Positions 1 through 11,267 of a stretch of 64,000 nucleotides of DNA are shown piece after piece. The DNA comes from an uncultured Acidimicrobiales bacterium. Lineage in GTDB: Bacteria > Actinomycetota > Acidimicrobiia > Acidimicrobiales > UBA10347. The notes under the pieces were generated by a model. The model was not told the origin of the DNA. It did not search any database and worked only from the letters and a program-made list of their open reading frames with translations. Position 1 is the stretch's first letter; each line of letters opens with the position of its first letter. The stretch spans positions 1 through 64,000 of the forward strand of contig CALSSD010000005.1 of NCBI GenBank assembly GCA_943788915.1, written 5' to 3'. The position numbers and the translations under genes were made by a program.

Positions 1-2
1 CG

Positions 3-584
3 ATTCCGCTCGAAGTTGACCTAGCCGTTGCCACGGTCGACGACGGGTGGCATCTGGTCGATCCCGGCGAACCCGATCAACCGGTCCTCGTCGCTACGCC
101 GTGGACTCCGGACTACGCCGATACCGACCCGGTATCGCTTGCTGACGCTGCCGACGCTCGAACTCGTTTCCCGCTGCACGATGACCATCCGGTGCCGGTT
201 TGTTTCTCGTGCGGAGCAAACGCAGACTCCATGCAGGTTCATTCAGGACCACTCAAAGATGGTCGATGGGCAACCGACTGGACAGTTCCTGAATGGGCTA
301 TCGATGCCGATGGCACCGTCGACGAAGGTGCTCTATGGGCGGCGATCGACTGTGCCCAGGCATGGTATGCGGGAAACGCTGGTGGCCGCCGTCACGCGGT
401 CACCGTGCAGCTGGCGGTCGAGGTCATCGCTCCCCTTGAGGCAGGGGCACGTTATTCGCTCGTGGCCTGGAACGGTACGTATCCCGAACCATGGGATGGC
501 AGAAAACGCGGCGCTGGCGGCGCAGTGTTCGCCAACGATGGCAGTTGCGTCGCCCGATCCAGCAGTTTCTGGATCGCTATCTAG
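3..584 (+). CDS. Hotdog-fold/thioesterase-like protein, 5'-truncated by window edge
   Basis: Frame is open from nt 3 (IPLEVDLAVATVDDGW...HPVPVCFSCG...WAAIDC...GRKRGAGGAVFANDG) to TAG 582-584. HPxPxCFxCG and WAALDC-like motifs are typical of this actinobacterial hotdog family. Confidence 0.6.
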   Translation: MPLEVDLAVATVDDGWHLVDPGEPDQPVLVATPWTPDYADTDPVSLADAADARTRFPLHDDHPVPVCFSCGANADSMQVHSGPLKDGRWATDWTVPEWAIDADGTVDEGALWAAIDCAQAWYAGNAGGRRHAVTVQLAVEVIAPLEAGARYSLVAWNGTYPEPWDGRKRGAGGAVFANDGSCVARSSSFWIAI

Positions 585-632
585 CGTCCGCTGTAGCCAA
601 TAATCGAGCCGTTCACACGTCTGGCAGGCGCC

Positions 633-1349
633 CTAACTGGCAGCCGAAAGGAACGTGGAAATTGTGGCGGACGCGGCATCTAGTGCGTCGCCGTCCTTCC
701 AGTCTTCGATGAACGTGCATGAGGGCAACAATTCGGCAAGCTCACGTGATGTGGACTCAGGGTGGTACACGTCGTTGCCCATCAGCACCATGGTTGGTGT
801 CTCGATTGCAGCGGCTTGTTCCCGTGTCGTGTTGAACATGAACTCGCCGTCGTACATGTTCGAACGGAACGCGTCGAACGCTGCATCGTCGGCCTCGGGG
901 TGCGCGGGGGCAACCTCGGCCCGCCATCCGTCGAACATGTCGTAGAACGCCTGATGATTGTTGTCGAGCCCGATCGGCTGGAGAATCACCGCCGCTGCGA
1001 CCCGCTCTGGCGCTGCCATACACAATCCGGTGATGTACGGACCTCCGATACACATGCCGGCCACAGCGAAACGGTCGACTCCGAGATGGTCCATCAACGC
1101 AAGCTGATCTGTGGTGTACGTGTCCCATCCATCAGTTGCCGAGATGGGCGCCGTCGACTGTCCGGCGTTGCGCTGATCCATAGCGATCACCTGGAAGTCA
1201 TCGGTCAGTGCTGCCAGCGGGTTCCACGGCATCAGTGCCCATTTGTTGAACGCCGAATGCATACCGCCGGGGGCAATGAGTAAAACAGGAAAACCACGGC
1301 CGGTTACCTGATAGTGAATCGTTGCTCCATCGTGCTCAAAGAAGGCCAT
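633..1349 (-). CDS. Alpha/beta fold hydrolase
   Basis: PVLLIAPGG, DQRNAGQS, nucleophile elbow GMCIGG. TAACAT-N6-ATG leaderless start. Confidence 0.85.
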   Translation of the reverse strand: MAFFEHDGATIHYQVTGRGFPVLLIAPGGMHSAFNKWALMPWNPLAALTDDFQVIAMDQRNAGQSTAPISATDGWDTYTTDQLALMDHLGVDRFAVAGMCIGGPYITGLCMAAPERVAAAVILQPIGLDNNHQAFYDMFDGWRAEVAPAHPEADDAAFDAFRSNMYDGEFMFNTTREQAAAIETPTMVLMGNDVYHPESTSRELAELLPSCTFIEDWKDGDALDAASATISTFLSAAS

Positions 1350-1550
1350 GGGCCCATGTTATGACCAGGACAAGCCAGCCCTCGCACTTCAGCTTGGGAT
1401 CTGGCCCTGTGCGGCTCCATCGTGTGTCCTGGCATGATGCCAACACTTGTCCTTGTTCCGCTGAGGACCCGCAGGTGCCTCGTTCTTGGCACTATCGCAC
1501 CACGATGATCGCAAACAACTGCTCGTCACTTCACGTCGCATCGCCTGCAA

Positions 1551-3883
1551 TTAGAGCCGCACCGACTCGACAATGGCTTTCCACACCTTGTGGGGGGTAC
1601 ACGGGATGTCGATGTGGCGCACACCTACATGGGCAATGGCATCAAGCACTGCATTGTGCACTGCCGGGGTAGCACCAATCGGGCCTGATTCGCCTACCGC
1701 CTTGTAGCCACCGGCGTTGAACGAACTCGGTACGACCTGAGCTTCGAGATCGATCTGGCAGAACTGATCGATCGACGCGATCTGGTAGTCGAGGAAGTTT
1801 GCCGTGAGTGGATTCCCTGCTTCGTCGAAGAGCACTTCTTCGCCCATGACTTGCGCTGCGCCCAGAGCGATTCCGCCACGAAGCTGATCGTCGACCGCCT
1901 GGTCGTTGACGCGCACGCCGGCGTCGTCGACGGCCGAATACTGCACGAGTTTCCAGGCACCTGTTTCCGTGTCGACCTCCACGACCGCTACATGGCAGCC
2001 CGACGGGTACACGTCCTTGCCGCCGTTTTCATAGACGTGATCACAGCTCAACTGTTCGTCGCGAGCCTGCATCTCGACGGCGATCTCGGCCCAGCCAAGC
2101 GATCGGCTCGGCGTGCCCACAACATGGAAGGCACCGACCACTCGGTCGAGCACCACGTCGGCTGGAGCAGCTTCGAGCATCTGCGCTGCGACGGCGGCGG
2201 CTTGGGAGACAACCTCGGCTGACGCCTCGTGGATGGCCAAGCCGGCTGTCTGCACGGACCGAGACCCAATGGCTCCCATGCCGGTGGCGATCTCGTCGGT
2301 CCGACCCTCGATCACGGTGATGTGCTCGGGCGCGATGCCAAGTTCGCCCGATGCGATCGTGCGCCAGGTGGCCTCGTGGGCTTGCCCCTGCGATGTCGTT
2401 CCGGTGACCACGGTTGCGCTGCCATCGGGATTGATGCGCACCAGGGCCGACTCGCCACCTCCGCCGCAGGTCCGGTGGTTGTAGCTGGCGAGACCAATAC
2501 CGATCTGCACACCTCCGGCAATTAACCGTTGGGCCGCTTGTCGCTGTCGTAGTGCGTCGTAGTCGGCCAGCATGAGCACACGTTCGAGTGCGTCGCCGTA
2601 GTCCGCGTCGTCGTAGATTGCGCCAGTCGGCGAGGTGTACGGCATGTCATCGGCGCCCACCAGGTTGCGACGCCGAACCTCGGCTGGATCCATGCTCGAT
2701 CTCGGCCGCGAACATGTCGATGGCCCGTTCGAGCGCAGCGATCACCGGCGCACGGCCAGCTCCTCGCAACGCAGCCACCGGCGGACGGTTCGTGACATAG
2801 GTGACCTGCTCAAACTCGGTATGAGCGATCGCATAAGTACCGGCAAGCATGGGCGCCGTCCAGTTGTTCGGCAGCCCTGCCCCCGAACTCGGATAGGCCC
2901 CGGCGTCCTTATGCAGCTGCACCTTGACCGCTTGCAGCTCCCCGTCAGAGGTTCCTGCCAGCCACAGATGCACCTCTTCGGCACGCCCGTGGGGCGCCGA
3001 CGTCAGGTTCTCGGTGCGTGACTCGACCCATCGAACCGGTCGGTCAACGAGCTTGGCCAGATGGGGAATGAGTTGCTCTTCCGGACCGGGTGCCCCCTTA
3101 CCGCCAAAGCCGCCCCCAACAAACGGCCCTGCCACGATATGGATCTGCGAGAGCGCCAGGTCATACATCGGTGCGATGCGACTGCGGAAGCTGTGTGGCG
3201 TCTGGGTGCTGACCCAGGCATGCAGGTGACCATCGGGGGTCCACACCGCAGTCGCACCTCGGCATTCGATCGGTGCCGCCACTTGGCGAGGGTTGCGGAA
3301 GTTGTGTTCGATGACCACATCTGCGTGTGCAAACAGCTCTGGAGCAGACTCGACCGACAAACCATCGTCGAGATGGGTGCGGATCACGTTTGATGACGCT
3401 GTATCTGCGCTAGCGCCGCCGGTGTCGGGGCTGCCAGCGTTATGGCGAGCCTGATCGGCTGGTTCGAACAGTTGCACCTGCGCCGTCGATCGCTTGTTGG
3501 GCAGTGAGGACGACCGGCAGGTCCTGGTAGTCGATGATCACCAGCTCGGCCGCGTCGACCGCCTGCTCACGGGTTTCAGCCACGATCACGGCGACAGGTT
3601 CGCCGACATAACGCACCTTGTGTTCCGCCAGCAATGGCTGAGCAAAACGCAACGGATGAAGTGCGTTGTAGGCCATGGTCGGCAAAATCGGATTGTCAGC
3701 GGCTGCGATCGCAGCCAGAACACCCGGCGCTGCATGTGCCTCGGACAGGTCAACCTCGATAGACGCGTGCGCCGCGGTCGACCGCACGAATACCGCATGA
3801 GCGGCGCCGTCGAGAAGCGGCTCGCGCAGGTCATCGACAAAGGTCGCTTCGCCAGAGATCAACAGGACGCGTTCATCAACCAT
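1551..3883 (-). CDS. Xanthine dehydrogenase family molybdopterin-binding large subunit (CoxL form II-like), two frameshifts (about 3480 and 2694)
   Basis: Three consecutive ORFs (3440-3889, 2647-3477, 1551-2693) join into one protein with VRYVGEPVA, VGGGFGGKG, ALRGAGR, SQGQAHE, GAIGSRS and KAVGESG. Confidence 0.85.
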
Positions 3884-3938
3884 GATCAAGGTCTACACCG
3901 GCGCTCGGCCGTGCGCCCGGAATTGCTTGCCTGAATAA

Positions 3939-4688
3939 CTAGCGGAAGCCAGCGAGCCGTTCGTCGGTATCGGTGATCTCGTAATCGTGGCTGTATTCGT
4001 AGGCGAGGCCACCCTCGATACCCAGCGACTCAGCGACGCCGTAGAGGTCCTTGTACGCAGCGAGTGATCCAGCGCTGCTCTCGACCACCTGTGCTGCCAA
4101 TGTCGCGACCGCTGCGTCGAGCTCTTCGGATGGCACGGACTGGCAGGCCATACCCATGGCTGCTGCCTCGGCACCGGTGAAGGTGCGCGCTGTGTAGCTG
4201 AGCTCGCGGGCCTTGGCCATACCAACGAGTGCTGGCAACCGTTGGCTCATACCCCAGGTCGGGCGAAGACCAAACTTGGCGTGTGTGTCGGCCATCTTGG
4301 CCGACTCTGCCGTGACCATCAGGTCACATGCCAATGCAAGTTCGAGTGCGCCGGTGAAGCAGAAACCATTCACCTTGGCGATCGTGACCAGCCGGCCGTT
4401 CGCCAGCCTGTCGGTCATGCTGCGAGCCGGGATGTCCAAAATATCACCGACGCTTCCACCGGTGAGTTCTCGATCGCCGAGCGCCTTCAGATCAACCCCA
4501 GCACTAAAGGCTCGGCCGGCTCCAGTCAGGATCAAAACCTGCACGTCGGCGTTCGCCGTCAGCTCGTCGTAGGCCTGATTCAGCTCACCAAGCATGGTCG
4601 GCGTGATCGCATTAAGCGCATCAGCCCGGCTCAGCACAACGGTCGCAACTGCTCCGTCGATGGACACTTCGATCTGTTCAAAACTCAT
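3939..4688 (-). CDS. Enoyl-CoA hydratase/isomerase family protein
   Basis: GAGRAFSAGVDL, GALELALACD, DTHAKFG. TAGGGT-N7-ATG at 4688. Confidence 0.9.
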   Translation of the reverse strand: MSFEQIEVSIDGAVATVVLSRADALNAITPTMLGELNQAYDELTANADVQVLILTGAGRAFSAGVDLKALGDRELTGGSVGDILDIPARSMTDRLANGRLVTIAKVNGFCFTGALELALACDLMVTAESAKMADTHAKFGLRPTWGMSQRLPALVGMAKARELSYTARTFTGAEAAAMGMACQSVPSEELDAAVATLAAQVVESSAGSLAAYKDLYGVAESLGIEGGLAYEYSHDYEITDTDERLAGFR

Positions 4689-4776
4689 CGCCGCCACCCT
4701 AGCCCCGAGGCCTCTCATGAGGCGGATACTGGCTGCTGTATGGCAGTAACTCGACTCTGGATTCCAGCCTGGTTAC

Positions 4777-6569
4777 TCAGCTCGGAAGTCTGAAGGTACG
4801 GTCGCCGCACTCGCACAGAATGCGCACCAGCGATTGACCGAGTGGTGCGTCTTCGTCCTCGGTGAACAACACCGACCAACTTGTCACGTCGAGCGTGCCT
4901 CCTTCGGCTTCGGCCGTCCATTGTTGGTCGAGATAGTCAGGCGATGGAACGACCAGAAGATAAGACGTCAGCCCCTGTGGCACCGAATTCGCAAGCAAGA
5001 TCGTGTTGGCGAGGAACTCCGTCTTGAACCGGCACGTGCCAGCTGCCCCGGTGGAGTCGGCGTTTGTTGGAAAAGGATGATAACAGCGCACACCTCGTCG
5101 CCATCCAGGTACAAGAACACCTGCAAATCGTCGTTCGCGTGCAGCAAGTATCCCTGTGTCACATCGGTTGATGGGCGAAGGAGCGAGATCAGCCCTTCGG
5201 GGAGAGGGACAAGCTCCGGCAGCCAGTCTTGGAGAATCAGGTCGGCGTCGTCCAGGTCTTGCCGAGGGATCACCTGGATCTCGCGCAGGTTGAACTCGTC
5301 GCCACGCACCGCATCATCTCGATCTAGCCGCAACTCGACGGGATGACCGGTATCGGGATCCAGCGTCAGGTCATAGACCTCGTCGACTGATGCAACGATT
5401 GCGAACATCTCGTCGACGGTAAAGACCTGATCGGCCTCATCGGAGCCCTGCCGAAACTCAGTGTCCACCACGTGGCCATCCTCGATCCTCAACGAAACGA
5501 GGGAGGTGAAACCGGAGGGGGGATGTGACTCCACATACCGAAGTCGATATGAGCTGATCCCCGAGGCAGTCCAAAGAGCACGTCCCGCTTCGAATCGAGC
5601 CGCCTCAAGTTCTTCCAGCAGTACCGGGTCCGCTTCCCGGTTGTCCCGGTTCGCGTCGCGTCGCACTTCGGCCTCTGCTTCGACAGCGTCGGCGAGCGTT
5701 TGGCGCGCTGCCTCGACGGACTCGAACCCACCAGAAGTCTCGACTATTGGATGCTCATCGAGTTGATCCTCAGCCGCCTCATTCGCAGCTTCCGCAGCAG
5801 TCGCTGCGTCAGCCATCGCCTGGCCCGCCGCTTGCTCTGCGGCCTTCTGTGCCCACCATTGGCCCGGGTCAGCAGGGTCGTTTGGGCCGGCACCGCTGGC
5901 GATTACCGGCAGACCAGGGCCATTACACGAGACATAGAGTCCCTCAGGACCAGGTGCCCAACCTCCGCGGACACCGCTCCATGGCGAAAGGAAACCGAAG
6001 AAGTCGAGGCCATCTACCGCCACCGGCGAAGCCAACGGATCCGGTGCTGAGCGATCGGCCCACTGGGCCTGGTACGCGATGATCTCGATGTCGTTTCGGG
6101 GTGTATCAGCGCCGCTGTCGACAGAGATCTCGAATACGTCGCTCACTGTGACCTCGATGTAACTCCGGCCATTCACTTCGGTCCGAGCCATCGAAGCCAC
6201 CTGACCAACCACGACCGCAGCCGACTGGTTGGCGAGTTCATCGAATGACCCGGCAGGTTCATAGTCATACGTCGGGATACCTGCCTGCAGCAGCTCTAGC
6301 ACCGGGCCATCGGTGCACGGGCCACCGGTGAAGAAGCCAGTGGAGTTATCTTCGCCCTGACCAACAACCACCGAAGTGGTTCCAGAGTTACGGCCTTGCC
6401 ATAGAAACAGCATCGAGGCCACAGCCAGTGCCGATACCAACCCGAAGGCCACCTTCCGACCGCGCACGGATCGAACAGTCGCTGGCCCGGTGATCGACGG
6501 ATCCGCTAGAACCACACCGGTCGTGGCTCGGCTCGCGAGATCGTTCAGACGTTTGCCTAGGTCGTTCAT
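4777..6569 (-). CDS. Single-pass membrane protein with DUF6174-like domain, putative anti-sigma/ECF partner; one frameshift near 5070
   Basis: MNDLGKRL start overlaps the sigma stop. TM segment VAFGLVSALAVASMLFLW, Ala/Glu-rich coil, and ALWTASGISSYRL...TVDEMF...DPDTGHPVEL...DE resembling DUF6174. The C-terminus continues in ORF 4777-5091. Confidence 0.55.
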
Positions 6570-7051
6570 AGCACCAGATCCTGAAGAATCGCCGGGTCGA
6601 TGGCAGCCGCAAGATTGCGATGTGCTCTTGCCAAATGTTGCTTGACGCTGCCGAGTGAGATGCCCATCTCGATGGCACACTCCGCGAGCGGCAGGTCAGC
6701 CCAGTACCGAAGCGCAATCACTTGACGCTGCCGCAAGGCCAATGCCTCTAGTGCGAGCGCAAGATCCGGATCGCTGGCCACGGCCGCTGCCTGAGGCGGG
6801 GCCACCAGCTTGGGCACGAACATCCGGAAGCGCTTGACCCGCCGCCACCGACTGCGAGACAGATTCACGGCAACCGTGCGCACCCAACCAGCTGGGTTCT
6901 GGTCCTGCTGTTCAAGGAGGTCCCACCGTTCATAGGCGCGTGTCATGACCTCTTGCGCGAGGTCGGCAGCCTCGTCGGTATCGAGTGTCAGCACCCAACA
7001 GAAACGGAGCAGCTGATCTGCCTCGGATCTGAAGAAGTCAGAGAAGTCCAT
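6566..7051 (-). CDS. ECF RNA polymerase sigma factor (SigE-like)
   Basis: Region 2 AADLAQEVMTRAYERW / WVRTVAVN; region 4 LALRQRQVIALRYWADLPLAECAIEMGISLGSVKQHLARA. Confidence 0.92.
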   Translation of the reverse strand: MDFSDFFRSEADQLLRFCWVLTLDTDEAADLAQEVMTRAYERWDLLEQQDQNPAGWVRTVAVNLSRSRWRRVKRFRMFVPKLVAPPQAAAVASDPDLALALEALALRQRQVIALRYWADLPLAECAIEMGISLGSVKQHLARAHRNLAAAIDPAILQDLVL

Positions 7052-7165
7052 CACCTGTACAACGCCTCGGCACCACATAGGGATGACACCGATCCAAGAT
7101 TTTTCGAATTCTTGGGACGAGTAGTAGCTGCTGGGCGACCATGACACGCCTCAAGATTTCACCTG

Positions 7166-8125
7166 TCAGGCGAGGCTGCGGGCGATTTGCCACTGGCCCC
7201 AAGCCAGGCTTGGCTCGATGTCGGCGTACCCGCGGGCACGTTCAAGCCGAATTGCTTCAATTGCGGAGACCATCGTGGCAGCGCCGTCTGCAACGTGAGC
7301 TTCGACTTCTTCTTGGGTAAGCGGGCGACCCTGCTCGCGTTCAGCGGCCGCCAAGGTCACCACCAGCGGCGGGATGATGACGGGCAGCGGGTCCGAGGTA
7401 ACAGGTCCTGGCACACCCGGCTCGGTCAGACGCCAGAACCCAAAAGGATTGTGTCGACCGTCGTCGGGCCCGAACCGATAGTCGGGCCAACGTTCTATGG
7501 CCCGACGTGGCTGGTCAGCATCGGCGCCGTAGGTGTGCCCGGTCATAAGGACCGGGTCTTCCACGACCTGGAAACTACAGAACACCGACACCAGGTCAGG
7601 ATCATGTCCTTCGACCAGAGCGTCGGGTCGCTGAAAGGCGTGCATGCCCGTGGTGTAGGTCACCTTGCCGTCGGCAACCAGAAGCGTGGTGTGATGCACA
7701 AGTTCGTGCGCAGTCGAGGCATCAAGCGCAGCGAACCATGTTGGCCAGTCGACGGCAGCCCCTGACGACTCAACCCGAATACCGACGCCACCTGAGGTGC
7801 GAAGTGCCTCGCTGATCTTGCGGAGTGTGGGGATTGCGAGGTCGAGCGTGGTGCCAACCTCGATCAACGCAGCAGCGGTGCACGCATTCGCCGCTGCGAC
7901 CAACTCGTCTCGTTGCCCATCGCGTGACCACGACAATGCGTTCCCGAACCCAGCTGGGTCTTGGACCAGACCGAAGCGAACATGATCGGCAGCGATCGGG
8001 CCGTCGTCGAATGTTCCCAGCGGCAGGGTCACGGTGGCGAGCGCGTCGAGCAACGACGCCTCGTCTTCCCATGGACCGGGTACGAGTAAGAACACAGACG
8101 GGACGACAGGCTGCGCAGTACTCAC
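7166..8125 (-). CDS. Hypothetical protein, DUF4261-like domain plus C-terminal domain
   Basis: VPGPW, GVGIRVESSG, YTTGMHAFQRPD, GHTY and HNPFGFWRL resemble DUF4261 proteins. C-terminal LAAAEREQGRPLTQEEV...RGYADIEP...WGQWQ module. Confidence 0.55.
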   Translation of the reverse strand: MSTAQPVVPSVFLLVPGPWEDEASLLDALATVTLPLGTFDDGPIAADHVRFGLVQDPAGFGNALSWSRDGQRDELVAAANACTAAALIEVGTTLDLAIPTLRKISEALRTSGGVGIRVESSGAAVDWPTWFAALDASTAHELVHHTTLLVADGKVTYTTGMHAFQRPDALVEGHDPDLVSVFCSFQVVEDPVLMTGHTYGADADQPRRAIERWPDYRFGPDDGRHNPFGFWRLTEPGVPGPVTSDPLPVIIPPLVVTLAAAEREQGRPLTQEEVEAHVADGAATMVSAIEAIRLERARGYADIEPSLAWGQWQIARSLA

Positions 8126-8179
8126 GGCCAGAGTCTTACATGCCGGTATCGATATGCCTCCGGTTGCTGACGCTGCTAC

Positions 8180-10122
8180 TCAGTGGCATGTGGAGGACGG
8201 CGGCAGGTCCATGACCGGGCTGTGGTCGAAGAAGCCGCTTGGCTTGAGCGTGAACCCGATGCAGGCAACTGGCATGACCGGCCAGTCTTCGAGACTCGGC
8301 AGATGGTTGTGACCCATCGTGTACCAGACAACCAGGTCGGTGTTTTCGACATCCCGGTCAGCTGCGGTCCACGCTGGGAGGCCCTCGCCGCCGACTGATT
8401 GGTTCGGATAGGCGCCCGCTGGCCATCGCTCATCGGCGGCATAGGGCGTGACCCACAGGTGATTCCACATGTAACCAGCACGAGCACGAATCGAGGATTC
8501 CTCGGTCGCGAACGGCAAACAATTCTCGCCAGCGATGAGCTTGTATCCGGTAGGTGTGCCCATCTTGTTGGTGGCCTCGTTGGAGATGACCTTCCAGTAG
8601 CGCGCCGCCATTGGATCGATGCGGCGTTGCGCCTGCTGCTCGGTGGCAAGCACGGTTGTCTGGCCACGGAAGGCATTGCCGTAGGGGTTCTCGTCCGGCG
8701 GCGCTTGCACGGTGTCAACTTCGACAACCGAGTTGGCCAAACCATCGACCGTCATATCGAGCCGCATACAAAAGAAGTGCTGATGATTCGGGCCGTAGAG
8801 GTGATCGCCCAGCTTGGTGCCGTAGTTGGTGGTCTCGCCGGTGTCGAGGGCGCCCGTGCTCAGAATGCCAGTGAGCTTGATCTCACTCTCGACTCGGCCG
8901 TCTTGGTAGAAGTACCAATAGACGCCGTACTCATAGTTGCCCACCGTGCAGATGAACGACACGACGAGTCGACGAAGCCGCCGGACCTCGGTCTGGTCGG
9001 TTCGAAAGTCGCTGTGTTTCCAGCTGATCCCGAAGTCTTCTTCGTGGATGCAGATCGCCTGCGGGATCTCGACCACGGTTCCCTCTGCGTCACAGAAATG
9101 GGCATCGAGATAGTGGATCTCGCCCAGGCAGTCGCAGCCCAACGTCAGCGAGTTGGCAAGCATGCCCATGCCGTATTCACCGGCGTCGAATGCGTTCTTG
9201 CGGGCCTGAGTCGCCGACGGATCGCCGTACGGAACCGTCATCTCTGCGAGCGACGCCCGGTAGAGCACAGGCCGAACTTGATCGCCGTCGGTATAGCTGA
9301 GGGTGTTTATCACGAGCCCCTCACGGCTGCTCCACCCGATGCGCATGTCCCACTTCTGCCAGCTGAGACGATCGCCGTTGACCTGGAAGCTCGGGCCGTC
9401 GAGGCTGGACGATGTCGAGTGGCTTGATGTCGGAGCGTTCACGGTCAGATGGCATGAGGTGCCGCGACCACTCTGCGGATTCTGCTGGTTCGTCTGGCAC
9501 CGGCAGCACTCGTTCGTCCTCGATGCGCACGATCTTCATCGCGTTGAGATCGAAGACCACCAGCATCCCGTCGATCGGACGGGCGTACTGGTTGCCGCCC
9601 GCGGTGCCGCGCACAAAGACCAGACCCCGCACGATGCGGTGACTCGACTCGATCGGGTCGCCATAGTTGCCGGCGCTCCACGGGTCGATCGTGACCAGGC
9701 TCATATCCGTGATGCCACGCTTGGCCATCGCTGCTTGAAAATCAGGATCGGACTTCATGGCCGTCTCGGACTCGACGAACTCATTGACCGTGATCGACGG
9801 CTGCACACCTTCGATGCGGTTCCATTGGGCCACCGTCCCATCGCTCGACTACGGCGACAATCTCGTGCGTCGATCCGTCGGATGTGTCGAGAACCACCAC
9901 GTCGGCTGCTCGAACAATGGCGTCTCCCGCCGTGTAGGCAAGCACAAGTGCCTTCTCGGGAAGATGCAGGTCGATGCTGGCGAAACGCGCCCGAGAGCCA
10001 AACCGTTCGTCGGCGCGCACGATCTCGACGGCGGCCTGTGTTTCTGCCACCGTCAAACGGTCGAGTGGATGAACGCTGCTGGCTTGCGAAGTCGAGGTGG
10101 GAGGCGCGGCGAGGTCCGTCAT
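8180..10122 (-). CDS. tynA: Copper/TPQ-dependent primary amine oxidase, two frameshifts (about 9845 and 9410)
   Basis: HPLDRLT N-terminus, NQYARPIDG, KNAFDAGEYG, LGCDCLG, TPQ motif TVGNYEY, Cu ligands HQH and HNH, EDWPVMP. No signal peptide. Confidence 0.92.
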
Positions 10123-10320
10123 GAGTATTCCTTGGGTCGTCGAGGTCTCCCGACCCTAGATCACCGTGTCTTAGCGGGCACGTTGTTCCCTAACAGGCCC
10201 CGCTGGTGTTGTTCACCACATTCGTGGTCTACTCCCACGACTACTACGGAACAGCCGGTTCACCTGCTGGATCGAAGCTGCCTAGTTGTTGCTGAGCACA
10301 ATCGGCCTCAGACTGTCTCC

Positions 10321-11223
10321 ATGCCTCTTGATCCACAGATCGCACCCCTGGTCGAAGCGACGAATGCTGCCGCTGCCAAACTCCCTTCTATCTGGGACCA
10401 AAGCGTCGAGGATCGACGAGCTGGTTACCAAGCCCTCGCCGATCTCGCTGGCCCCGGCCCGCAGCTCGACCGAGTCGAAGACCTTCATATCGCTGGCGTG
10501 CCGTGCCGCATTTATGAGAACGATGACGCCAACGGGATCCTGATGTTCATCCATGGTGGCGGCTACGTGATCGGCGATCTCGAGACCCACGACCAACCAT
10601 GTCGCCAACTCGCTCTGGAGTCCGGCGCAGCAGTCGTTGCCGTCGACTACCGCCTAGCTCCCGAACACCCATTTCCGGCTGGCCTCGACGACGCATGGGC
10701 GGTATTTCAGGCGCTGTATAAGGACCGCAACAATTTCGGGCGCGGCAGCAAGCTTGCCGTGACCGGTGATTCAGCGGGCGGCAACTTTGCGGCTGTGCTC
10801 GCATTGATGGCCCGCGATGCCGGCATGCACCTGGCGGCCCAGCTGCTGGTCTATCCCGCCGTCGATGTTGCCGACGCGTCACCGTCGATGACCGAGAACG
10901 GAGTGGGTTACATCCTGACCAAGGAAACTATGGACTGGTTCATGCACAACTATGCAGCCGATCCGCTCGACTGGCGAGCGTCGCCTCTCCTCGCCGAGTC
11001 ACACGAGGGCCTCGCCCCCGCCGTGGTCATCACCGCCGAATTCGACCCGCTGCGCGACCAAGGCACGGCCTACGCCCACAAGCTCGAAGCCGCTGGTGTG
11101 CAGGTCACCCACACCAACTACGACGGCATGGTCCACGCCTTCTTCCAACTCAGCCCGCTCTCTGACGCTGGCAAAGCGGCAATTACCCAGGTCGCCGAAG
11201 CAGCCAAAGCCGCATTGGCCTGA
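10321..11223 (+). CDS. Alpha/beta hydrolase, HSL-family esterase/lipase
   Basis: HGGG, DYRLAPEHPFP, GDSAGG, DPLRD, HAF. Confidence 0.92.
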   Translation: MPLDPQIAPLVEATNAAAAKLPSIWDQSVEDRRAGYQALADLAGPGPQLDRVEDLHIAGVPCRIYENDDANGILMFIHGGGYVIGDLETHDQPCRQLALESGAAVVAVDYRLAPEHPFPAGLDDAWAVFQALYKDRNNFGRGSKLAVTGDSAGGNFAAVLALMARDAGMHLAAQLLVYPAVDVADASPSMTENGVGYILTKETMDWFMHNYAADPLDWRASPLLAESHEGLAPAVVITAEFDPLRDQGTAYAHKLEAAGVQVTHTNYDGMVHAFFQLSPLSDAGKAAITQVAEAAKAALA

Positions 11224-11267
11224 ACGTCACTCGCTGTTCGACAATGAGCGCTCTGCCGCGCTCGAAC

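Noticed and set aside
1551..3883. Calling the Mo-enzyme an aerobic CO dehydrogenase (coxL form I)
   Set aside because: It lacks the AYxCSFR Cu-binding loop, and no coxMS or accessory genes are present.
8399..9427. Long antisense ORFs (e.g. 8399-9427 +, 42951-44174 -, 56105-57028 -, 59024-59923 -)
   Set aside because: Shadow ORFs opposite well-supported genes, expected at high GC, with no recognisable motifs.
9757..10320. Long N-terminal extensions in the ORF track (9757, 11939, 18122, 18979, 39865, 45275, 57948)
   Set aside because: They overlap neighbouring genes. Family motifs and promoter/overlap geometry support the later starts.
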